Source: Pseudomonadota bacterium
Lineage (GTDB): Bacteria > Pseudomonadota > Alphaproteobacteria > Rhizobiales > UBA4765
Direction of reading: 5' to 3'
Assembly: GCA_041694995.1 (NCBI GenBank)
Contig: JBGFRS010000056.1
Coordinates: forward strand, 34,498 to 98,497
DNA length: 64,000 nt
How positions within the stretch are numbered: position 1 is the first letter of the stretch; every line of letters starts with the position of its first letter. Positions 46,638 through 56,444 of this stretch are shown piece by piece. The notes beneath the pieces were generated by a model. That model saw nothing but the letters and a program-made list of their open reading frames with translations, made no database searches and was not told the DNA's origin. A program made the position numbers and the translations under genes.

Positions 46638-48750
46638 AGCGGCCGGTCCGGCGCCCGTCATCGCGCCGAAGCAGGATACGAGCCTGCGCCTCCATGGTCC
46701 CGGGGCGAAGACGCGGCGCATCGTCCTGTTTGGAACCGCGGTCGTCGGCACGGCGGTCGCCTCGTACACGATGGCCGACATCCTTTCGACCGACGGGCTC
46801 ACGCTCTTCGAGGCGACGATCGTCGCGCTGTTCACCATCAACTTTCTGTGGATCGCGATCTCGTGCTGCACGGCCGTGGCTGGCCTCATCCTGCGCATCT
46901 TCGATCTCGATCCGATCACGCTCAGGCGCAATCGCCCGCACGTCCTTCCTCAGCGGCTTCACACGAAGACCGTGATCGTCGTGCCGGTCTACAACGAAAG
47001 CCCGCGCGACGTCTTCGCGCGTATCCGGGCGGTCTACGAATCGATCCGCGATCTCGGCTTCGCCAACGCCTTCGACATCTTCATCCTCTCGGACACGCGC
47101 GATCCGGACATCTGGATCGAGGAGGAACTCGCCTGGGGCGAGCTGCGCCGGGAACTCAAGCTGCGCGGCAAGATCTTCTACCGGCGGCGCGAGCAGAATG
47201 TCGAGCGCAAGTCCGGCAACCTGATGGACTTCTGCGAACGCTGGGCCGCCGGTTACGACTTTATGGTCGTGTTCGACGCGGACTCGACCATGACCGGCGC
47301 GGCGCTCGTGCGCATGGCCCAGCTCATGGAGGCGAACCCGGACGTCGGCCTCATCCAGGCGCCGCCGCAGCCGACAGGCCGCAGCACGCTCTTCGCGCGC
47401 ATCCTCCAATTCATCAGCCACGTGCACGGCCCGACCATGACGGCGGGGCTTGCCTTCTGGCAGCTTGGCTCCGGCAATTATTGGGGCCACAACGCCATCA
47501 TTCGCACCGAAGCCTTCATCCAGTGCTGCGGTCTGCCGATCCTGCCGGGCAAGCCGCCGCTCGGCGGGCAAATCCTGAGCCACGACTTCGTCGAGGCAGC
47601 GCTCCTGCGGCGTGCCGGGTGGAAGGTTTGGCTCGTGCCGGACATCCAGGGCAGCTGGGAAGAGCTGCCCCCCAACATCGTCGACTATGGGATCCGCGAC
47701 CGGCGCTGGTGCCAGGGCAATCTCCAGCACATCCGCGTGGTCTTCGCCACGAAGCTCAGGCCCTTGTCGCGCCTGCACCTCTTCATGGGGGTGATGAGTT
47801 TCGTATCGTCGCCACTGTGGCTCATGCTGCTGATCTTCTCGACCTTGACCGCGGCGGAGGCAGCGCAGCGCACGCATCGCTTCTTCACGGGAAGCCCCGC
47901 GCTGTTTCCGGCCTGGCCGGTCGACCGCGCGGCCGACATGCTGCTCCTGCTCGGCTTCACGCTCGGCATGCTGATCGTGCCGAAGTTCCTGTCGGCCTTC
48001 CTCCTGATGGTGCGCTCGGACACCGCCCGCAAATACGGTGGGCGGATCGGCATCCTGGCCTCGGCCTTGATCGAACTCGTCTATTCCGCGCTGCTCGCGC
48101 CGATCATGATGCTCCTGCACTCGCGCTTCGTGGCCACCAACCTTCTCGGCTTCCAAGTGCAGTGGGAAACTCAGAACCGCGACGATTCCGGCGTTCCGCT
48201 CTGGGCCGCGGTCGCAACCCATAAATGGCACATAGCGATCGGCATCACGTGGGGCGTGGTCGCCTATTGGTTCAATCCCGGCTTCTTCTGGTGGATGACG
48301 CCGGTCATTGCGGGCATGGTGCTTGCGCCGTTCCTGACGCACTGGACGAGCCGCGTCGATCTCGGCCTCCGCGCGAAGCGGCATGGGCTGTTCCTGACGC
48401 CGGAGGAAACCGTGCCGCCGAAGGAACTCGCCCGCGTCGCGGCGCTCGCGGCGGCACCCGTGCCGGATCGCTCGCGCGGATTGCTGAAGATTCTCGAAGA
48501 CCCGGTGTCGAGCGCGCTCCATGCCGCGCTCGTCCCGGAGGCGGCACCCTCCGAGCGCGTGCGCATCGAGGTCAGCCTCCTTTATGAAAAGCTCTCGCGC
48601 CTTGGCCCAGAATCGCTCACGCGCGAAGAGAAGATCAAGCTTCTATCCTACCCGGTGAAGCCGCTTGATCAGGTTCTCGCCGGCCGCCCCCGGTTGTCCG
48701 ATGGCAAGCGGCTGCTAAGCCGGTCGTCGAGCAGCGGCACGGCGTCTTAA
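46627..48750 (+). CDS. opgH: Glucans biosynthesis glucosyltransferase OpgH (MdoH)
   Basis: 707 aa multi-TM GT2 protein with DADS and RDRRWCQGNLQH (QxxRW) motifs. Overlaps opgG by 11 nt. Confidence 0.9.
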   Translation: MSPEAAGPAPVIAPKQDTSLRLHGPGAKTRRIVLFGTAVVGTAVASYTMADILSTDGLTLFEATIVALFTINFLWIAISCCTAVAGLILRIFDLDPITLRRNRPHVLPQRLHTKTVIVVPVYNESPRDVFARIRAVYESIRDLGFANAFDIFILSDTRDPDIWIEEELAWGELRRELKLRGKIFYRRREQNVERKSGNLMDFCERWAAGYDFMVVFDADSTMTGAALVRMAQLMEANPDVGLIQAPPQPTGRSTLFARILQFISHVHGPTMTAGLAFWQLGSGNYWGHNAIIRTEAFIQCCGLPILPGKPPLGGQILSHDFVEAALLRRAGWKVWLVPDIQGSWEELPPNIVDYGIRDRRWCQGNLQHIRVVFATKLRPLSRLHLFMGVMSFVSSPLWLMLLIFSTLTAAEAAQRTHRFFTGSPALFPAWPVDRAADMLLLLGFTLGMLIVPKFLSAFLLMVRSDTARKYGGRIGILASALIELVYSALLAPIMMLLHSRFVATNLLGFQVQWETQNRDDSGVPLWAAVATHKWHIAIGITWGVVAYWFNPGFFWWMTPVIAGMVLAPFLTHWTSRVDLGLRAKRHGLFLTPEETVPPKELARVAALAAAPVPDRSRGLLKILEDPVSSALHAALVPEAAPSERVRIEVSLLYEKLSRLGPESLTREEKIKLLSYPVKPLDQVLAGRPRLSDGKRLLSRSSSSGTAS

Positions 48751-48854
48751 CAACACCGCAATGGCGCGTTAATGTTGCATTGCATCACGGTCCGTCACGG
48801 TGCTGACGCGTACGTGTGGCACGGAGTTCGGGTCAACTCCTCGGCGGGTCGCTC

Positions 48855-49331
48855 ATGTTCGAAGACGTCGTTTTGCGGGAAGCGCATGCGCTGATGGCTT
48901 CTCGCGCGCTGAAGAGCGTCCCGGCGATCGATGCGGTCGCCGATCCCGTGGCGCGCCTCTGGTGCAGATCCTTCGGGGTCAGCGAGCCGGATGCGATCGA
49001 GCGCCTCAAGGCGCAGCTCGCCGACACAGCGATCGACGTGATCTCGGCCGGCGGCGGTTTGGACGAGCTGCAGCAGAAACTCGATTCGGCGGCGGAAGCG
49101 GCGATCAGGCACTGGTTTGCCCGCGTGCTCGGGCGCTCGATTGCCGAAACCACGCAAGCCCTGGCGATCGTGCGGCTGGCGTTTCTCGAGGCCAATCAGG
49201 ACGGGCGCTGGGGGTCTTGGTTCCTGGACGACAACGTTCCCCACGCCGAACTTGCTGCCGATCTCGATGCCGTCATGATCGAGCCGACGCCCACGACGCG
49301 TCCGCGGCAAATGGTGCGGCAGGAGCTGTAG
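48855..49331 (+). CDS. Hypothetical acidic helical protein
   Basis: ORF with neighbour-like codon usage. I recognise no family. The start is the ATG at 48855 or 48816. Confidence 0.45.
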   Translation: MFEDVVLREAHALMASRALKSVPAIDAVADPVARLWCRSFGVSEPDAIERLKAQLADTAIDVISAGGGLDELQQKLDSAAEAAIRHWFARVLGRSIAETTQALAIVRLAFLEANQDGRWGSWFLDDNVPHAELAADLDAVMIEPTPTTRPRQMVRQEL

Positions 49332-49441
49332 GCCGAACGCGCGCCCCGCTTTCGCCCAAGTGTGACAGCACTGAGCCGGTGCGGCGCCATTAAGGCCGCT
49401 GTGCTAGATCGATTCGCGTCTCTCGCAGCCGCCCGGAGCCC

Positions 49442-51106
49442 GTGTCCCGTTTTCTCGCCATCATCGCCGTCGCTCTCGCCCTGATCGCGCCAACGCCGCC
49501 GGCGGTTGCACATCCGCACGTCTTCACGGACGTCGCGAGCGATCTCGTCATCGACGCTGAGGGGCGGCTGACGGCGATCCGGCATCGTTGGACCTTCGAC
49601 GAGGTCTACTCTGCCTTCGCGCGGCAGGGCTTCGACGCGAACCGCGACAATGTCTACTCGCGCGAGGAGCTTCAGGCGCTCGCGGAGGTGAATGTCACCT
49701 CGGTCGCCGAATTCGCCTACTTCACCTTCGTGCTGGTCGAGGGTGCCGCGCGCGCCTTCGATCGCCCGACGGAGTACTTCTTGGAGAACGACGCGAATTC
49801 CGGACAGCTGACCTTGCATTTCACGCTGCCGCTGCGGGTGCCGGTCGACCTCCGCGCGGCGCCGGCGCTCGTCAAGGTGTTCGACCCGGAATACTTCGTC
49901 GCCTTCGAACTCGTCGAGTCCGATCCGGTCAAGATCGCGGTCGGTGCGCCGGCGGCGTGCCGCTTCGAGGTGCAGCGCCCTCGCGAACTCGACGCCGATG
50001 CAGCCGCAGAGCTCGGTCAGATACCAGCGTCACAACGGCAACTGCCGCCGGAGCTCCAGGCTTTGACGGCAGGGCTCTCGAACGACATTGCGATTGACTG
50101 TTCGGGTCGTTCAGGCTCGCTTCTTGCCGCGGTCGGCGTGCCGCCGCAGACGCCGGGCGGTAGCAACGGCTCGCGCCCACGCCAGATCGGCCTATCCGAC
50201 CTCCCGGCTTTGGTGACCGAGGGCGCGCCGCCAGCCGTCCGCTCGCAGCCGGGGTTCTTCGCCCATTTCTTCGCCCGCGTCGCGGCCATCCAAGCCGACA
50301 TCTACCGCCAGTTCGGCGAAACGATCCGGGCCGTGCGCGCCGACACGTTCGCGTTGCTGGCGCTTCTCGCTCTGGCGTTCGGCTATGGCGTTCTGCACGC
50401 AGCCGGCCCCGGCCACGGCAAGGTGGTGATCTCGTCCTATCTTCTCGCCACGAACCAGACGCTCAAACGCGGCATCGTCATCGCGGTCGCCTCCGCCCTG
50501 GTGCAGGGCGCCGTTGCCGTGGCGATCGTCGGCACGCTCGCGATCGTCCTTGAAGCGACCAGCCAGACGATGACGCGCGTCTCCGGGATCGTGGAGATTG
50601 CGAGCTACGCGCTGGTCGTCGTGATCGGTGCCGTCCTGCTCGCCCGCAAGCTGCGCGCGCTCGCGCCACGTGCTCAGCCCGCGACCTTGTCGGCGGCGGC
50701 CGTGGCCCATATGCATGACGCGAGCTGCGCGCATGATCACGCGCCGGACCCACGCCTCCTCCAAGGGCATTTCGATCTCAGGGCGGCGGCGGCCGCGGTT
50801 CTCGCCGTCGGCATTCGTCCGTGCACGGGCGCGATCCTCATCCTCGTCTTCGCGCTCGCTCAAGGCGTGTTGGCAGCCGGGCTGCTGGCGGTGCTCGCCA
50901 TGTCGCTCGGAACGGGGCTCACGGTCGCGGCGCTGGCGACGGTGGCGGTGACGGCGAAGGGGCTTGCGGTCAAGCTTGCGGCACGACGTTCGCAACTCAG
51001 CGTGTGGATCAGCCACGCCATCGAGGTGATGGGGGCGGTGCTGGTGCTCGGCTTCGGCCTGATGTTCCTGACCGCCGCGCTGATCTACGGACCGATGGGC
51101 GGCTGA
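49442..51106 (+). CDS. Fusion protein: DUF1007 periplasmic domain plus NicO/RcnA-like nickel/cobalt transporter domain
   Basis: GTG start. The N-terminal half has a signal peptide then AHPHVF, typical of DUF1007. The C-terminal half has LHAAGPGHGKVVISSYL and a His-containing loop HMHDASCAHDH, typical of NicO-family permeases. It is a single uninterrupted 554-codon frame. Confidence 0.7.
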   Translation: MSRFLAIIAVALALIAPTPPAVAHPHVFTDVASDLVIDAEGRLTAIRHRWTFDEVYSAFARQGFDANRDNVYSREELQALAEVNVTSVAEFAYFTFVLVEGAARAFDRPTEYFLENDANSGQLTLHFTLPLRVPVDLRAAPALVKVFDPEYFVAFELVESDPVKIAVGAPAACRFEVQRPRELDADAAAELGQIPASQRQLPPELQALTAGLSNDIAIDCSGRSGSLLAAVGVPPQTPGGSNGSRPRQIGLSDLPALVTEGAPPAVRSQPGFFAHFFARVAAIQADIYRQFGETIRAVRADTFALLALLALAFGYGVLHAAGPGHGKVVISSYLLATNQTLKRGIVIAVASALVQGAVAVAIVGTLAIVLEATSQTMTRVSGIVEIASYALVVVIGAVLLARKLRALAPRAQPATLSAAAVAHMHDASCAHDHAPDPRLLQGHFDLRAAAAAVLAVGIRPCTGAILILVFALAQGVLAAGLLAVLAMSLGTGLTVAALATVAVTAKGLAVKLAARRSQLSVWISHAIEVMGAVLVLGFGLMFLTAALIYGPMGG

Positions 51107-51447
51107 TCGGCCCCGAGAACGATGGGTTTGCCGTGCGGTGTTGCACGCGCGGCGCGGTCCCACGCCGCCTTGCGCGCCAGAAGCTCGCCAAGCGACGCCG
51201 CGCCGCGTTCGACCGCGAGACGCTCGAGTGCCGCGAGCCAGTGCAGATAATAGGTCTCGCCCGTGCCGGGATCGCCGGCACGCTGCGCAGCGGCGATCTC
51301 CTGCGACAGACGTTCTGCCCATTCCGCCCAGGTGAACAGGCCACGATCGTGGAGGCTCACGGCGATGGCGAAGGCCTGTGCCTCCCATGGCGCGCGAAAC
51401 ACCGGCTCGCCAGCGGTCGCAGGCATGCCGGTGACGGGCGCGCTCAC
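51085..51447 (-). CDS. Nitrile hydratase accessory (activator) protein
   Basis: FRAPWEAQAFAIAVSLHDRGLFTWAEWAERL resembles the beta-subunit-homologous NHase accessory proteins. GTG at 51447 (GTGA overlap with the nthB stop) or ATG at 51426. Confidence 0.7.
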   Translation of the reverse strand: MSAPVTGMPATAGEPVFRAPWEAQAFAIAVSLHDRGLFTWAEWAERLSQEIAAAQRAGDPGTGETYYLHWLAALERLAVERGAASLGELLARKAAWDRAARATPHGKPIVLGADQPPIGP

Positions 51448-52103
51448 GAGGTGGCCTCGAGATAGGGTTCCCAGCAATTGAGATAGACGGCGTCGGCCGT
51501 CGTGTCCGGGCCCCACAAATCCTTCGCCTCGAAGCGGACCGTGTAGAGATGGTGCGGCGCCTCGCCGTGGCCGTGTGCATGGGCGTCCGGGAAGACGTGC
51601 GCGCCGTGCCAGGCATGAACGGTGCCGGGGCGGCCGCGGGCGTAGCGCGGCAGGCGCGTGTGCGTCGCCGGAGCGATGACCCGGGTTCTCACGGCGGCAC
51701 CGACCTCGAAGCGCGGCGGAAAGCCGACCGGCCGCTCGGTCGGCCAGCCGCGCAGGAGCCGCTCTTCGACATCGGCGGCGGCGAGAACCTGCTTGACCGG
51801 TTTCGGGGGAACCAGGGCCTCGCCGGTCGCAAGCTCGAGCGCCGTGAGAAGGCCGGTTTCTACCACCAGATGTTCGAGGCCGGCGAGCCAGATCGCGTAG
51901 TACGGCGTCGTCAGATACTCGATGGCCGGCCGGTTCTCGCGGACGAAGCGGGACATGTCGATGTTCCACGCGCCGGTCGCGCCCGCCGCGACGTTGATCG
52001 CCAGCACACGACGCTCCCACTCCGCGTGGAAGACCGGCTCGTCCGCCTCGACCACGACCGGGCCGAAGCCCGCCACGCCGCCCATGTCGTGCGCGCCGTT
52101 CAT
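51444..52103 (-). CDS. nthB: Nitrile hydratase beta subunit
   Basis: The start at 52103 gives [16 protein letters not shown]...FHAEWERRV, the canonical NHase beta N-terminus. ATGA overlap with the alpha stop. Confidence 0.85.
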   Translation of the reverse strand: MNGAHDMGGVAGFGPVVVEADEPVFHAEWERRVLAINVAAGATGAWNIDMSRFVRENRPAIEYLTTPYYAIWLAGLEHLVVETGLLTALELATGEALVPPKPVKQVLAAADVEERLLRGWPTERPVGFPPRFEVGAAVRTRVIAPATHTRLPRYARGRPGTVHAWHGAHVFPDAHAHGHGEAPHHLYTVRFEAKDLWGPDTTADAVYLNCWEPYLEATS

Positions 52104-52732
52104 GCCGGCGCTTTCCCGGGCGCCGAAGGCAAGCCCGTGCCGATCATCGAATCGCGGGTGACGAGCGTGGCGAGGCGGTCTTCGTCCCAGCCTTCGGTGC
52201 CCGCGGGTCGCATGGGCAGGACGAGATAGCGCAGCTCCGAGTTCGAGTCCCAGACCCGGATCTTCACCCCCGCCGGCAGCGTCACGCCGAAATCCGCCAG
52301 CACGCCGCGCGGGTCGATGACGGCGCGCGAGCGGTAGGGCGCCGACTTGTACCAGACGGGCGGCAGGCCGAGCACAGGCCAGGGGTAACAGCTGCACAGC
52401 GTGCACACGATCAGGTTGTGCACCTCCGGCGTGTTCTCGACGACGATCATGTGCTCGCCGCCGCGCCCGGAGAAGCCGAGCTCCGCGATTGCGGCCGTCG
52501 CATCCGCCAGAAGCCGCTCGCGATAGGCGGGATCGGCCCATGCCTTGGCGACGACACGCGCGCCGTTGCGCGGCCCGATCTTGGTCTCGTAGGTTTCGAC
52601 GATGGCATCGAGCGCGGCCGGATCGACATAGCCTTTCTCGACGAGAAGCGATTCGAGCGCGCGCACGCGCAGTTCCACATCCGACAGCGCGGAGCCGGGC
52701 TCGTGGTCGTGATCATGGTCATCATGGGGCAT
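52100..52732 (-). CDS. nthA: Nitrile hydratase alpha subunit, cobalt type
   Basis: 210 aa with the metal-binding motif [10 protein letters not shown]. Thr in C-T-L-C-S-C is the established Co-type signature. Confidence 0.9.
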   Translation of the reverse strand: MPHDDHDHDHEPGSALSDVELRVRALESLLVEKGYVDPAALDAIVETYETKIGPRNGARVVAKAWADPAYRERLLADATAAIAELGFSGRGGEHMIVVENTPEVHNLIVCTLCSCYPWPVLGLPPVWYKSAPYRSRAVIDPRGVLADFGVTLPAGVKIRVWDSNSELRYLVLPMRPAGTEGWDEDRLATLVTRDSMIGTGLPSAPGKAPA

Positions 52733-52797
52733 GAGCCGAACCTAGGCCGCGCTTCGAACAGGGGCAAGCCGAGGCGCGACGCGGCTCCTGGCGGAGG

Positions 52798-54528
52798 TCA
52801 CCAGATCTCGGGTTCCGGCACCCCGCCGGCGCCTTCGAGGAAGTCGAAGTCGCAGCCCTCATGCGCCTGGCGGATATGCGCCGCGAACAGCTTGGCGTAG
52901 CCGCGGGGGAAATGCCGGTTCGGCGGATTCCAGCTCTTGAGCCGTTCGGCGATCTCGGCGTCCGACACGTGCAGGTGGATCGAGCGCTTCGGGACATCGA
53001 CGGTGACGAGGTCGCCGTTGCGAACCGCCGCGAGCGGACCGCCGATATGGCTCTCCGGCGAGACGTGCAGAATGCACGCGCCGTAGCTCGTGCCCGACAT
53101 GCGCGCATCCGAGATGCGCACCATGTCGCGCACGCCCTTCTTCAGGAGGACCTTCGGGATCGGCAGCATGCCCCATTCGGGCATGCCCGGCCCGCCGATG
53201 GGGCCGGCGTTCTGGAGCACCATGACGTGGTCGGCCGTGACGTCGAGATCGTCCGAATAAACGGCCTTCGACATCTCCTCATAGGTCTTGAACACGATGG
53301 CGGGACCGGTGTGCCTCAGAAGGCGCGGGTCGGCCGCCGCCGGCTTCATGACGCACCCGTCGGGCGCGAGATTGCCTTTCAAGACCGCGAGCCCTTCGGC
53401 CGTCGAGATCGGCTTGTCGATCGGGCGGATCACTTCGGGGCGGTAGACCTTGGCCTCCGCGATGTCCTCGCCGAGCGTGCGACCGGAGACGGTGCGGGCA
53501 GCAAGCTTCAGATGGGCCTTGATCTCGGTGAGGAAGGCCGGCAGGCCGCCGGCATAGAAGAAGTCCTCCATCAGATACTCGCCCGAGGGGCGGATGTTGG
53601 CGATGACCGGCACCGTCTTCGCGAAGGCGTCGAAATCATCGAGGGTGAGCGGCACGCTGGCGCGCCGCGCCATCGCGATCAGATGCACGATGCTGTTCGT
53701 CGAGCCAGCGAGCGCCATCAGCACCGTTATCGCGTTCTCGAAGGAGGCGCGCGAGAGGACGTCCGACGGTCTGAGGTCCTCCCACACCATGTCGACGATG
53801 CGCTTGCCGCAGGCGACCGCCATGCGTGAATGGCCAGAATCGGCGGCCGGGATCGCGGAGGCGCCGGGCAAGGTGAGGCCGAGCGTCTCGGCCATCGACA
53901 TCATGGTCGCGGCCGTGCCCATGGTCATGCAGGTGCCGTAGGAACGGGCGATGCCCGCTTCCATCTCCGCCCATTGCTTGTCGGTGATGGTGCCGGCGTT
54001 CTTCTCGGCCCAGTACTTCCACACATCCGATCCAGAGCCGAGGATCTTGCCCGCCCAATTGCCGCGCAGCATCGGTCCCGCCGGCATGACGATCGCCGGA
54101 AGGTTCATGGAGGTTGCGCCCATCACGAGGCCGGGAATGGTCTTGTCGCAGCCGCCCATCAGCACCGCCCCGTCGATCGGGTGCGAGCGCAACAGCTCCT
54201 CGGTCTCCATGGCGAGGAAATTGCGGTAGAGCATCGTCGTCGGCTTCACCATCGGCTCGGAGAGCGAGATGGCCGGCAGCTCGATCGGAAAGCCGCCCGC
54301 CTGCCACACGCCGCGCTTCACCTCCTCCGCGCGGATACGGAAATGGGCGTGGCACTGGTTGATGTCGGACCAGGTGTTGATGATGCCGATCACCGGCTTG
54401 CCCAGGAACTCGTCGGGCGAATAACCCATCTGCAAGGTACGCGAGCGGTGCCCGAAGGCGCGCAGATCCTGCGCCCCGTACCAGCGGTGCGAGCGGAGCT
54501 GTTCGGGCGTCTTGCGGCGGTGGGTCAT
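52798..54528 (-). CDS. IlvD/Edd-family dehydratase (sugar-acid dehydratase-like)
   Basis: The start at 54528 gives MTHRRKTPEQLRSHRWYG. IlvD/Edd motifs CDKTIPG and SGTSYG are present. The stop is 65 nt upstream of nthA. Confidence 0.85.
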   Translation of the reverse strand: MTHRRKTPEQLRSHRWYGAQDLRAFGHRSRTLQMGYSPDEFLGKPVIGIINTWSDINQCHAHFRIRAEEVKRGVWQAGGFPIELPAISLSEPMVKPTTMLYRNFLAMETEELLRSHPIDGAVLMGGCDKTIPGLVMGATSMNLPAIVMPAGPMLRGNWAGKILGSGSDVWKYWAEKNAGTITDKQWAEMEAGIARSYGTCMTMGTAATMMSMAETLGLTLPGASAIPAADSGHSRMAVACGKRIVDMVWEDLRPSDVLSRASFENAITVLMALAGSTNSIVHLIAMARRASVPLTLDDFDAFAKTVPVIANIRPSGEYLMEDFFYAGGLPAFLTEIKAHLKLAARTVSGRTLGEDIAEAKVYRPEVIRPIDKPISTAEGLAVLKGNLAPDGCVMKPAAADPRLLRHTGPAIVFKTYEEMSKAVYSDDLDVTADHVMVLQNAGPIGGPGMPEWGMLPIPKVLLKKGVRDMVRISDARMSGTSYGACILHVSPESHIGGPLAAVRNGDLVTVDVPKRSIHLHVSDAEIAERLKSWNPPNRHFPRGYAKLFAAHIRQAHEGCDFDFLEGAGGVPEPEIW

Positions 54529-54619
54529 GGCGTCTCGTTCTCCCGTTTGCTCCGACAGTGGCGCGGGCGCGGCGGCTTGGAAAGAGGCCACCACGACGGA
54601 GGCGGCCCGTCGAGGCGGC

Positions 54620-55402
54620 CTACCGCATCATTTCCCGGAGTGCGCCGAGGAGAGCCCCCGCGATCGGCACCGCCATGTGATAGGCCCGCTCCCGATCGTA
54701 GCCGGGTCCGCCATTCGGCGAGGCGCCGCGCGTGACCGCGCCGATGACCCAGCGCCCGTTCTCGCGCAGGAGTGTCGCGCCGCCGGAGGAGCCCGTCTCC
54801 GCGTCGCAATCGGTGAAGAGGAGCGGCACGCCGGTCTGGCGGCACGGTCCGACGTGATCGCGGAGCGTGCAGCGCCCGGCATGCCCGCCAGGGCCGCGCA
54901 GCGCGCCGGTCCCGCCGCCATGCGACACGATCGCGACCTCGGCACCGACCGGGGGGAGGCGTGCGGGCAGCGCGTAGGGCGCGACGCCCGGCACCGGCAC
55001 GCGCAGGCGCATCACGGCCCAGTCGCGCCCGTTCGAGCAGATGTTCACAGCCGTCACGCGTTCGGCCCCGAGCCGCAGCGTGGCGAGATTGACGTCGTAG
55101 CGCGGCGAGGTCGGCAATCCATCGGCGATGTAGACGCAGCGCACCTCGCCGCGCCGCGCCCGCGCGACCTCGCCGAAGAAGAGATGCGCCGCGGTGATGA
55201 TGATGTCGGGCCGCGCAACGAGGGACGCCGAGCCGAAGCGCCCATTATCGCAGGTGAGGAGGCCCGAGGCGCGCGCCGCCTGCGCGAGGGCTCGATCCTC
55301 CGGATTGGTCGAGATCGCCAGCCGGTCGAGCATCACACGGTCATCGCGGCCGATGACCCCGGCCGTGGCGCAGGTGAGGCCCGCGCCGAGCAGCGCGATC
55401 AC
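54620..55402 (-). CDS. Trypsin-like (S1 family) serine peptidase, probably exported
   Basis: Catalytic triad context TAAHLF, DWAVMRL and ETGSSGGA. Hydrophobic N-terminus IALLGAGLTCATAG. Proposed GTG start at 55402 forms a GTGA overlap with the ppk2 stop. The start is uncertain. Confidence 0.6.
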   Translation of the reverse strand: MIALLGAGLTCATAGVIGRDDRVMLDRLAISTNPEDRALAQAARASGLLTCDNGRFGSASLVARPDIIITAAHLFFGEVARARRGEVRCVYIADGLPTSPRYDVNLATLRLGAERVTAVNICSNGRDWAVMRLRVPVPGVAPYALPARLPPVGAEVAIVSHGGGTGALRGPGGHAGRCTLRDHVGPCRQTGVPLLFTDCDAETGSSGGATLLRENGRWVIGAVTRGASPNGGPGYDRERAYHMAVPIAGALLGALREMMR

Positions 55403-56304
55403 CCATCCTGGTCGAAGAAATGCCCGCCGGTGCCGACGATCTTCGGGTCGGGTCTTCCGATCAGCGTCTCGTCCTTGCCGGCATAGGGCAGGCCGCTCAG
55501 GACGTGCTCGATGGCTGCCAGGCGCGCCCGCAGCTTGTCGTTCGCGAGGATCACCGTCCACGGTGTCTCCGCGCGATGCGTTTCCGTGAACATGCGCTCG
55601 ATGCAGGCCGAATAGGCCGGCCATTGATGCACGGCCCTGACGTCGATCGGGGAGAGCTTCCATTGCTTGAGGGGATCGTGGTGGCGCGCCCATAGGCGCT
55701 TCAACTGCAACTCCTGGCCGATGTCGAGGAAGATCTTGAACAGGCGAATGCCGTCGCGCACCAGGGTCGCTTCGAAGCCCGGAACCTCGGCAAGGAACGC
55801 CGTCGTCTGTTCCGGCGTGCAGAACCCATTGACCGGCTCGACCGCCGCGCGGTTGTACCAGGAGCGGTCGAACATCACGATCTCGCCCCTGGTCGGCAGT
55901 TGCGCGACGTAGCGCTGGAAGTACCACTGGCCGCGTTCGGCGTCGGTCGGCTTCGACAGGGCGACGACTCGCGCCGAGCGCGGGTTCATGTGCTGCTGGA
56001 AACGTGAAATCGTGCCGCCCTTGCCCGCGGCGTCGCGGCCTTCGAACACGATGACGATGCGCTGGCCCGTGTCGCGCGTCCACGCCTGCACCTTGAGGAG
56101 TTCGATCTGCAGGAGCGGGAGACGCTTCTCGTAGATATCGCGGTCGAGCTTGTCGTCGTAGGGAAAATTCCCTGATCGAAAGGCTCCTTTCTTGATCGCC
56201 TTCGGCAGCTCCGGCGCGTCGAGCGAGAAATCGGCATAGGCGACGCCGGCTGCCTGATCCGTATGGTGGGGCCGAGCCTTCTTCGTCTTCGCAGCTTTCG
56301 ACAC
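55399..56304 (-). CDS. ppk2: Polyphosphate kinase 2
   Basis: 301 aa with Walker A GRDAAGKGG, RYVAQLP and DRSWYNR motifs characteristic of PPK2. Confidence 0.9.
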   Translation of the reverse strand: MSKAAKTKKARPHHTDQAAGVAYADFSLDAPELPKAIKKGAFRSGNFPYDDKLDRDIYEKRLPLLQIELLKVQAWTRDTGQRIVIVFEGRDAAGKGGTISRFQQHMNPRSARVVALSKPTDAERGQWYFQRYVAQLPTRGEIVMFDRSWYNRAAVEPVNGFCTPEQTTAFLAEVPGFEATLVRDGIRLFKIFLDIGQELQLKRLWARHHDPLKQWKLSPIDVRAVHQWPAYSACIERMFTETHRAETPWTVILANDKLRARLAAIEHVLSGLPYAGKDETLIGRPDPKIVGTGGHFFDQDG

Positions 56305-56444
56305 GACGCATCCCTACGATGTGAGACGGCAAAGCAAGAGCGCGATTGTACGCCGCCGGTCCGCCGCGGCAAACATCTTGCCGTCGCGGTCGCGTTCTGC
56401 CACGCGTTCCCGATCGAAGCACGAGACCTCGGCGGAGGTCGGCG

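Noticed and set aside
48751-48815. The TTAATGTTGCATTGCATCA sequence after opgH as an operator-like palindrome.
   Set aside because: It is a short TGCA-T-TGCA direct or partial repeat, not a true inverted repeat, and I could not match it to a known operator.
48816-49331. The hypothetical protein near nitrile hydratase as an NHLP-type RiPP precursor.
   Set aside because: It has no similarity to the hydratase alpha-like leader, no Gly-Gly cleavage motif with a Cys/Ser/Thr-rich core, and no maturase or export genes nearby. It is also far longer than such precursors.
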